Source: an uncultured Pseudomonadota bacterium (GTDB lineage Bacteria > Myxococcota_A > Polyangia > Fen-1088). From it: DNA of 64,000 nt. This document shows positions 57,297 through 64,000 of the stretch, piece by piece. The stretch covers positions 384,001-448,000 of the forward strand of contig CAWKBC010000027.1 of the NCBI GenBank assembly GCA_963847705.1. The letters are read 5' to 3'. Position 1 is the first letter of the stretch; every line of letters begins with the position of its first letter. The notes below the pieces were generated by a model. It ran no database searches. It was not told the DNA's origin and saw nothing but the letters and a program-made list of their open reading frames with translations. The position numbers and the translations under genes are program-made.

Positions 57297-57461
57297 CCGC
57301 CGGTCTTGCCGTCCGTCTGGCCGTCGTTTGTCCCGTCGGTCTTGCCGTCCGTCTGGCCGTCGTTTGTCCCGCCGGTCTTGCCGTCCGTCTGGCCGTCGTT
57401 TGTCCCGCCGGTCTTGCCGTCCGTCTGGCCGTCGTTTGTCCCGTCGGTCTTCCCGTCCGTC
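57297..57461. repeat. Tandem repeat, 36-bp unit x about 4.6 (built from three 12-bp variants)
   Basis: CCGYCGGTCTTGCCGTCCGTCTGGCCGTCGTTTGTC at 57297, 57333, 57369, 57405 and partial at 57441; no spacers. Confidence 0.95.
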
Positions 57462-57503
57462 GTCGCGGGCCTCCGGGCGGAGAGGAGCGTTGTTCCGAGG
57501 CAA

Positions 57504-57616
57504 GCGGGAGGGACGGGGATTCGGTCGGCCGGAGCTGAGTCGGGCGGCTCTGTCGTTCCGCCCGACGATTCCAACCTTTTAGGTGCGGAGGCCGACCGAA
57601 TCCCCGTCCCTCCCGC
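57504..57616 (-). repeat. Structured cassette B: perfect 27-bp inverted arms enclosing an inverted copy of the cassette A core
   Basis: Arms 57504-57530 and 57590-57616 are exact reverse complements; core 57531-57589 matches the reverse complement of core A at 54/59 nt. Confidence 0.9.
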
Positions 57617-57629
57617 CCCCGCCGAAGAG

Positions 57630-57690
57630 TTGAGCGGAGCGGAGTGGAGCGGAGCTGAGCGGAGCGGAGTCCAGCGGAATTGAACGGAGC
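57630..57690. repeat. Imperfect pentanucleotide tract (GCGGA)n
   Basis: GAGCGGAGCGGAGTGGAGCGGAGCTGAGCGGAGCGGAG; loosely mirrored by the TCCGC/TCGC tract at 57087-57130. Confidence 0.7.
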
Positions 57691-57704
57691 CCCGCGAGGC
57701 TGGG

Positions 57705-58847
57705 TCAGCGGGCGGAGGCGGGGGCGGGTGCCGGGGCCGAGGCGGGGAGGTTCAGCGGGGGAAGGAAGGTGTCGTAGAAGAAGGCGCAGTCGCGCCGGAT
57801 CTGTTCCTCGGTGAGGCCGAACTTCTCGAGGTCGTACTTGTGCTCCGACTCGTACTGGCGCTGCTTCTCGCCGCGCTTGGCGATGGTGGCGCGCAGCTTG
57901 GGCGTCATCTCGTGGCCGAGGAACTCGCACATCTCGTCCATCATCCCCTCGAAGTCGGCCATCATCCGGTCGTAGCGGACGATGAAGACGCGCTTCTTGT
58001 CGATGAGGCCGCCGGTCCAGTCCTCGTGGAACTTCTGCAGCAGGAGAACCCAGGCCTTGTACATCCGGTCGAGCCAGCGCTTGCGCACCGGCTCGGGCAG
58101 CGACCAGAACCCCACCGCGCGATCGAGCACCCCGATGACCAGGCTCATCGAGCTGGGGATCACCGACAGCGGATCGCGCGCCATGTAGAGGATCTGTGCC
58201 TCGGGGACGTTCTGGAGGAACTGCGGCAGCCGGACCGCCAGCGAGAACAGCTTGGCGATGTTGCGCTCCGACTTGTGCAGCACCAGGCTGCGGCGCCAAA
58301 GCGCGTCCAGCCAGGCGGCGTCGCGCGCCGAGGTGTCGCGCACGCGCGGGTCGAACCACGGCAGAAGATCTTCGTCGTCGAACGACAGAAAGAACCCGTA
58401 GAGGAAGAAGCCGTCGAGGTAGCGGAACAGCACGCCGACGTCGTCGGTCTCGACCGAGCTGAGGCTGGTCTGGTGGGCGTCGGTCGAGTGATACTTGGCC
58501 GGGCTGATCTTCTCGAGCAGCGGCAGAATCGGCCGCAACAGCTTCTGCAACGTGAGCGACGGGTAGAGCATCAAGAACAGCTCCATCCCCGAGCCGAAGC
58601 CCTCGTCGGCCAGGAAGCGCTGCAGGAAGGTGGTCCCGGTGCGCGGGTTGCCGACCAGCACGATGGGGCGGTTGGCCCGCGTCTTCCGCAGGCGCGGGAA
58701 GAAGACGTTGTCCAGCGCCATGGCCACCGCGACGAACGTCCGCACGCATCCAAAGAGCACCGCGATGAAGAGCGGCGCGACCTTGACGCCGAAGGTTCGC
58801 CGCAGCACGCGGTAGACCCGACCCATTCGAGAGAAGATGCTGTTCAT
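57705..58847 (-). CDS. PAPS-dependent sulfotransferase (Sulfotransfer_3 family)
   Basis: 5'-PSB loop VGNPRTGTTFLQR; 3'-PB motif YMARDPLSVIPS; VRYD; hydrophobic N-terminal segment. Confidence 0.88.
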   Translation of the reverse strand: MNSIFSRMGRVYRVLRRTFGVKVAPLFIAVLFGCVRTFVAVAMALDNVFFPRLRKTRANRPIVLVGNPRTGTTFLQRFLADEGFGSGMELFLMLYPSLTLQKLLRPILPLLEKISPAKYHSTDAHQTSLSSVETDDVGVLFRYLDGFFLYGFFLSFDDEDLLPWFDPRVRDTSARDAAWLDALWRRSLVLHKSERNIAKLFSLAVRLPQFLQNVPEAQILYMARDPLSVIPSSMSLVIGVLDRAVGFWSLPEPVRKRWLDRMYKAWVLLLQKFHEDWTGGLIDKKRVFIVRYDRMMADFEGMMDEMCEFLGHEMTPKLRATIAKRGEKQRQYESEHKYDLEKFGLTEEQIRRDCAFFYDTFLPPLNLPASAPAPAPASAR

Positions 58848-59002
58848 GTCGCGTCCGAGCCTCGAGCTTTCTCTGCCCTGTGTGACCCTGCCTCCCCGAT
58901 GACCTGGAGGCCAGTCTCACGCAGTAGCAGCGGCGGCCTGAAAAGGGTCACGTTACCGCTTCAACGTCACGACTCCGCGGTGACTCTATCAGTGGCGCGA
59001 GG

Positions 59003-59974
59003 TCAGGCCGCGCCGAACTGCGTCTCGAACGCTTCGGTGAATTTGTGGAGATCCTCGTTTGGCAGGTGGTTGATGCCGGCCGCCGTGCGGCGTCCGCCAC
59101 CCGTCGGGAAGGTGCGGCAGAACGCCTCCGCCGAGACGGATGAGTCGCGCGGCACGCGCACCGAGACCAGGTAGCCGCCGCTGGTCTTCGGCGAGACGAT
59201 CGCGACGGCGTCGCCGGCGTACGCGCGGGCGAGGTCATTGGCCAGCGTCCCGCTGGCTCGCCGCGCCCAGGCGGCGTCGGGGAGCGTGAAGCAGACGGCG
59301 CCCTTGGTCCGGCGCGCCGGCTCGAGGCGGCGCGCCAGCTCCATGTCATGGCGAAACCCCTCGGCCAGGCGGCGGCAGGCGGCCGACTGTTCGGCAAACG
59401 CGAGCGGATCGGCAAACGGCGCCATCTCGGCCGCCAGATCGGCGGGCAGGACGTGCAAGTCCTCGAGCGTCTCGCCGTAGGCGTTGTAGTTGATGGCGAC
59501 GCCGAGCTCCTTCAGGCGCTCGGTGGCCGCGGCGTCGAGCCCGGGGTCTGCCGCTGCCAATGCTCGGGCCTCGTCGCCCAGGCTGTCGCCGAAGAGGCCG
59601 ACGATCGCCCAGCGCCGAAACCTCCCCGTGAGGGCGCGGTCGACGAGGAGGCTGGTGCAGACGTTGGGGCTGAGGTCGAGGTGTGCCTCCAGCCCCGGGT
59701 GCTTGGGGACCTCGCCGGTGAAGTGATGGTCGAAGTAGCGGACCTGCACCCCCGCCTCGAGGAGCGCGACGAGCGCGGCCCGGTTCACGTCGAGCGAGAT
59801 GTCGAGGACGGTGCAACGATCCCCCGGCTGCGCGGCGCCGGTCACCCGCGCCAGCAGCGCGATGTCACGCTTGACGCCGGTGACCAGTGTTCCGGGGGGC
59901 GCCCCGTCGAGACGCAGCTGCTGAAGCGCGCAGAGACCGTCGGCGTCACCGTTGAAGACGTAGCTGTGATTCAA
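59003..59974 (-). CDS. DHH/DHHA1-family phosphoesterase (candidate PAP 3'-phosphatase)
   Basis: NGDADG, LDIS, YFDHH, GD, SVR and GGGR..AAG motifs; TTGA overlap with the cysC fusion. Confidence 0.8.
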   Translation of the reverse strand: MNHSYVFNGDADGLCALQQLRLDGAPPGTLVTGVKRDIALLARVTGAAQPGDRCTVLDISLDVNRAALVALLEAGVQVRYFDHHFTGEVPKHPGLEAHLDLSPNVCTSLLVDRALTGRFRRWAIVGLFGDSLGDEARALAAADPGLDAAATERLKELGVAINYNAYGETLEDLHVLPADLAAEMAPFADPLAFAEQSAACRRLAEGFRHDMELARRLEPARRTKGAVCFTLPDAAWARRASGTLANDLARAYAGDAVAIVSPKTSGGYLVSVRVPRDSSVSAEAFCRTFPTGGGRRTAAGINHLPNEDLHKFTEAFETQFGAA

Positions 59975-62073
59975 GACAGAACCCCTCTCGTTTGTAGAAA
60001 CGCCACGATCGCCACGGCCGCCTCCTCGGGTGAAGTGACGGTGGTGTCGATCCTCAACTCCGGATTCTCCGGCCCCTCGTAAGGGGAGTCGATGCCGGTG
60101 AAGTTCTTGAGGTCGCCGCGCCGCGCCTTCTTGTAGAGGCCCTTCGGGTCCCGCTGCTCGGCCACGGCGAGCGGCGCGTCGATGAAGATCTCGATGAACT
60201 CCCCCTCACCGACCAGCGCGCGCGCCATCATCCGCTCCGCGCGAAACGGGGAGATGAACGCCGTCCCGACGATCAGGCCGGCGTCGACCATCAACCTGGC
60301 CACCTCGCCGATCCGCCGGATGTTCTCCACCCGATCGACGTCGGTGAACCCCAGGTCCTTGTTGAGCCCGTGTCGGACGTTGTCACCGTCGAGCAGGTAG
60401 GTGTGCCGCTTCAGGCTGTGCAGCTTCTTGTCGACCAGGTTGGCGATGGTCGACTTTCCGGCCCCCGAAAGGCCGGTGTACCAGAGGACGCAGGCCCGCT
60501 GCTGCTTGAGCGCCGCCCGGGCGTTCTTGTTCACCTCCAGCGCCTGCCAGTGGACGTTCTGGGCGCGCCGCAGGGCGAAGTGCAGCATCCCGGCGCCCAC
60601 CGTCTCGTTGGAGAGTCGGTCGATGATGAGGAAGCCGCCGGTGTCGTGGTTCACCTCGTACGGATCGAACGCCACGTCGCGGTCGACGTGGACGTTGCAG
60701 ACGCCGATCTCGTTCATCCCCAGGGTCGTGCCGGCCAGCCGCCCCAGCGTGTCCACGTCGAGCTTGTGCTTGAGGGGGGCGAGCGAGCCGGTGACCAGCT
60801 GGGCGCCGACCTTCACGAAGTAGTCGCGGCCGCGCAAGAGCGGGGAGGGGTTCATCCAGACCACGGTCGCCTCGAACTGATCGGAGCTCTCGGCGGGCTC
60901 GGCGGACGCCACCAGGAGATCGCCCCGCGCAAGCTCGACCGCGTCGGCCAGCGCGACTGTGACCGACTGCCCGGCGGAGGCCTCGGGCAGATCTCCCTGC
61001 GGGGTGGCCAGCCGGGTGACGCGGCTGAGCTGTCCCGAGGGCTGAACACGAACGGCGTCGCCCACCCGGACCCGACCGGCGACGATCGTCCCGGCGAACC
61101 CATGGAGCTGGGCGCGCGGCCCGAGCACCCATTGCACTGGCAGACGCAGCGGCCGGGCGATGAGGTCTGCGTCGCCGGTCTCGGCGGCCTCGAGCAGACC
61201 GAGCAGCGTCGCTCCCGCATACCAAGGGGTGGCGCCGCCGCGCGCGAGGACATTGTCTCCGGTGGCCGCCGAGACCGGCACACAGGCGACCGGCGGCAGC
61301 TTCAACCCGGCGGAGAACTCTCGGTACTCGTCGACGACGCGCGCGAACGCCGCCTCGCTCTGGCCGGCGAGGTCGATCTTGTTGACCGCCAGGACCAGCT
61401 GACGGACGCCCAGCACGGAGAGGAGCACCAGGTCGCGCCGGACCGTCGTCGACAGCCCCTGGTGAACGTCGACCACCACGACGCTGAGATCGGCGCTGGC
61501 GGCGGCGGTCAGCACGCCGCGTGGATCGCGATCCTGACCGGGCACGTCGTCGACGATGAAGTCGTGCCTGGCGGGCCCGCTGGCCGCCCGCGCACGGGCC
61601 AGCGGTGCGCCCGCCGCAGGCGAGAGCAGCGCGGCCAGGGCGCTCTTGCCGCTGCCGGTGCCACCGCAGAGGTGAAAGCGCAGGGCAGATCGCCCAGCGA
61701 CGCCGGCGAGGCAGTCGCGGAGGTCGGCCTCGGTCCAGCCGGCGAACGGGAAGAGGCGCACGGTCTCGCCCCGGCGTTTGATGGCATGCCCGAGGCGCCA
61801 GATGGGGGCCGGCTGGTTCGGGGCGCCCGTCGGGCGCGCGCCGTCGATCACGAGATCGAAACCCCGCTTGGCCGACGCCGCGGCCAGCGCCTCACGGGCC
61901 ACGATGGGGAAGGGCGGCTCGAGCGGGTAGAACGCGCGACCCGCCAGCCGCCCGAGCGCCGTGCTCTCCGCATCGTCGGCGCGGACCATCACCGGCCGCT
62001 TGGCCTCGGCGACCGCTTCCCATAGCAGCCGAATCGCGGCGCCTTCCAAGCGCTCTGGACGGGAGGTGCTCAT
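59971..62073 (-). CDS. cysC: Adenylylsulfate kinase fused to degenerate CysD and CysN domains (CysD'-CysN'-CysC)
   Basis: C-terminal APS kinase nearly identical to that of 28409-30286; N-terminal about 125 aa align with CysD fragments; middle aligns with CysN but has altered GTPase motifs. Confidence 0.88.
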   Translation of the reverse strand: MSTSRPERLEGAAIRLLWEAVAEAKRPVMVRADDAESTALGRLAGRAFYPLEPPFPIVAREALAAASAKRGFDLVIDGARPTGAPNQPAPIWRLGHAIKRRGETVRLFPFAGWTEADLRDCLAGVAGRSALRFHLCGGTGSGKSALAALLSPAAGAPLARARAASGPARHDFIVDDVPGQDRDPRGVLTAAASADLSVVVVDVHQGLSTTVRRDLVLLSVLGVRQLVLAVNKIDLAGQSEAAFARVVDEYREFSAGLKLPPVACVPVSAATGDNVLARGGATPWYAGATLLGLLEAAETGDADLIARPLRLPVQWVLGPRAQLHGFAGTIVAGRVRVGDAVRVQPSGQLSRVTRLATPQGDLPEASAGQSVTVALADAVELARGDLLVASAEPAESSDQFEATVVWMNPSPLLRGRDYFVKVGAQLVTGSLAPLKHKLDVDTLGRLAGTTLGMNEIGVCNVHVDRDVAFDPYEVNHDTGGFLIIDRLSNETVGAGMLHFALRRAQNVHWQALEVNKNARAALKQQRACVLWYTGLSGAGKSTIANLVDKKLHSLKRHTYLLDGDNVRHGLNKDLGFTDVDRVENIRRIGEVARLMVDAGLIVGTAFISPFRAERMMARALVGEGEFIEIFIDAPLAVAEQRDPKGLYKKARRGDLKNFTGIDSPYEGPENPELRIDTTVTSPEEAAVAIVAFLQTRGVLS

Positions 62074-62225
62074 CGTCGACGCAGGCGCCAGGCTCGAAAC
62101 GAGCGAAGCGGCTCGATGCTAGCGCGCGGCGCTGCGCCGGATCAATGGGCGATCGCGGGCATTCGTCGACGGGAACGCACGAACGCCCGGTTTTATTTCT
62201 GGAAGGCTGCTCAGCTTCTGGATCG

Positions 62226-62813
62226 CTACCAGCCGCCGCCCGCGGGCTTGGCGGGCGCAGCAGGGGCAGCCGCCGGAGCAGGGGCGGCCGCCGCGGCTCC
62301 CTCCGAGGTGTGACAGCCGTAGCAGCCGAACCCCTTCGGGTTGGTGGGCGTCCACTCGTCGACGTTCAGGAGGTTCGCCATGGCGGGCTTCACCTGCGTG
62401 CCCATGAACTTCGCGGCTTCGGGCTTCTTCTGCATCAGCGCCATGAACCCCTGGCGATCGGTCGGCGCCGGCAGCTTGGGGAGCTCGGCGTTCGGCATCT
62501 TGAACTTGTTCTCGACGGCCTTCTCACCGTGGCAGGTCAGGCAGGTCATGCTCTTGTACTTCTTGTCGAAGCCGACGAAGAGCTTCTTCATCTCGGGGAG
62601 CACGGTGGCCTTCATGTATTTCTTGCGCTGGCCCTCGTTCATCTTCTCCCAGTCGATCTTGGCGCGGGCGGGGAGCTTGGGCGCCGTGGTGGCGTCGATG
62701 GCCGGCTTGCCGGGCGCGGCGGCCGGCTGATCGGCGGCGGCACCCACGCCGACGAAGGAGAAGAGTCCCAAAGAAAGACCGAGGAGCGGAGCGAGCATCG
62801 TCTTCGTCGTCAT
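62226..62813 (-). CDS. Periplasmic diheme c-type cytochrome
   Basis: Signal peptide; two heme-binding motifs CLTCH and CYGCH; several Met residues as possible axial ligands. Confidence 0.8.
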   Translation of the reverse strand: MTTKTMLAPLLGLSLGLFSFVGVGAAADQPAAAPGKPAIDATTAPKLPARAKIDWEKMNEGQRKKYMKATVLPEMKKLFVGFDKKYKSMTCLTCHGEKAVENKFKMPNAELPKLPAPTDRQGFMALMQKKPEAAKFMGTQVKPAMANLLNVDEWTPTNPKGFGCYGCHTSEGAAAAAPAPAAAPAAPAKPAGGGW

Positions 62814-62904
62814 GGCAGTCCTTTCCGGTTGAGCTGCTAGTGATGCGCCCGATCTCGGTCAGTTACAAGTTTCCCGTCGGCCTCGCCGGCCACCCCTGCC
62901 GGCT

Positions 62905-63996
62905 TCAGCGCGACCTCACATCAAGGAAACTGGGGGCCTCGCGCTTCGCACCGAAGTCCACGCTCTGCAGCTCGACGGTCACCCGGGTGATGCGCTTCAA
63001 GGGATAGATGATGCGGCCCTTGGCGAGATCGAGCCCCACCGACGGGAGCGGCGGCATTCGGAAGGCGCTGACGGCGACCCGATAGCAGGCCAGCGCCGGC
63101 TGAACGTCGGGCGTCACCGGCCGCGCATCCCCCGCCGACTTGAACGCCTCGACCGCCAGACGATCGAGCGCGGCGTTCCCCGACGATCGGCGCAGCGTCG
63201 CCACCACGGCATGATTTGGCGCGACGCCCAGGCAAATTTCAGCGGACCGTTGCTCGGCGCCTGATTCCGCCTGATGGGCCGCCTCGTTGTACCCTCCGAG
63301 CACATCGGGGCGAGGGCTCCCCGGCGTTTCTTCCGGCGTTTCTCCCGTCGTTTCTTGGGGCCCCGGCGGCGGCGCGAACCGGCCGCTGTGTGCTTCTTCG
63401 ACGCCCCGCAGGTATCCGCGTGCCCATCCTTTCGTCGTCTCGGCAGCGCCGAGCGGGAGCGACTCGGCAATGTGCGTCGCCTCGGGCGTCAGACGATCGC
63501 GCGCGTCGCGGAGAACGTCGAAGAGCAGGGGGTGTGCGCGGCCCGCCCGGACGTTCGCCACCGCTTCGGCGCGGCGGTCGGCCTCGGCGCGCAGCTCGGC
63601 GAGAGGCTTGCGTCTCGCGGGCAGCGCCGGGCCCTCGGGCGCTGGAGCGAGAAGTTTCTCCAGGGCCTCCTCGTCGGCGGGTCTGGCGGTGGCGCGCCGC
63701 TTGGCGTTGTCGCCGAGCGCGTCGAACGACAAATCGACCGGGCGGTCGGGTAACGAAGGACCCTCGACCGGTTTCGGGGAGGTCGCTGGTGGCGCCACCG
63801 GTTCAGCCCTCTCGATGGGCCGCTTGCCCGGCGCACGCCGTCGCAGCGGCGGCGACGGCCATACCTCGGCGCGAGCCAGCGGCGAGCAATCCTGGTGCGC
63901 CGTCTCCACGAGGGAGAGCTCGATCGGCGTCGGCGGGCGCTCGACGCGGCGCTCGGGGCGACCTCCGGTCACGCCGCGGAGCACGATCAGCGCCAC
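62905..63996 (-). CDS. TonB C-terminal domain-containing protein (5' end probably outside the window)
   Basis: N-terminal hydrophobic segment, PIELSLVE, Pro-rich linker and RRSSGNAALDRLAVEAF motif. Confidence 0.6.
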   Translation of the reverse strand: MALIVLRGVTGGRPERRVERPPTPIELSLVETAHQDCSPLARAEVWPSPPLRRRAPGKRPIERAEPVAPPATSPKPVEGPSLPDRPVDLSFDALGDNAKRRATARPADEEALEKLLAPAPEGPALPARRKPLAELRAEADRRAEAVANVRAGRAHPLLFDVLRDARDRLTPEATHIAESLPLGAAETTKGWARGYLRGVEEAHSGRFAPPPGPQETTGETPEETPGSPRPDVLGGYNEAAHQAESGAEQRSAEICLGVAPNHAVVATLRRSSGNAALDRLAVEAFKSAGDARPVTPDVQPALACYRVAVSAFRMPPLPSVGLDLAKGRIIYPLKRITRVTVELQSVDFGAKREAPSFLDVRSR

Positions 63997-64000
63997 CAGG

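Noticed and set aside
57297-57461. 36-bp repeats as a CRISPR array
   Set aside because: Units are directly adjacent with no unique spacers, and there are no cas genes in the window
57086-57683. Two ORFs starting MESSGGTTEPP on opposite strands as real genes
   Set aside because: They arise from the inverted cassettes, use TTG starts and have low-complexity products
28409-62073. Second cysC copy as an assembly duplication
   Set aside because: The copies differ throughout and the N-terminal domains are heavily diverged, consistent with a real, older duplication

Overview
This is a very GC-rich bacterial window, most likely Myxococcota (Polyangia-like), inferred from a perfect Myxococcus-type LexA box and lipoproteins with Gly/Thr (TGG) linkers. 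No rRNA, tRNA, CRISPR array or transposase was recognised. Layout: (1) 17-10630, a purine uptake and catabolism operon (BMP-type ABC, hpyO, allB, alc, uraD, uraH, an HpcH/citrate-lyase-like orphan) ending in a close homologue of the fungal Fe(II)/2-oxoglutarate xanthine hydroxylase XanA. (2) 10856-20202, mixed genes including a LexA-controlled UvrD helicase and a frameshifted lipoprotein gene. (3) 20412-27232, secreted carbohydrate esterases (SGNH, CE15) beside an ECF sigma module. (4) 27510-43203, cysD-cysNC, a FAD oxidoreductase, an aminotransferase, an arylsulfatase, a methyltransferase, a TPR protein and two phosphoesterases. (5) 43219-62073, an apparently undescribed lipid-sulfation/export locus: two arylsulfotransferase-like lipoproteins, two paralogous CxxC lipoproteins, MMPL, a chalcone-isomerase-like protein, FadL, an OleA-like KAS III, an outer-membrane barrel, a LolA-like protein, a PAPS sulfotransferase, a DHH phosphatase and a degenerate CysD'-CysN'-CysC triple fusion. 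Two of its upstream regions share a TGTCTA-N15-TGTCTA motif, and a symmetric structured repeat element lies at 57.1-57.7 kb. (6) A diheme cytochrome c and a partial TonB-like gene. All functional calls come from reading motifs by eye; no database search was run.
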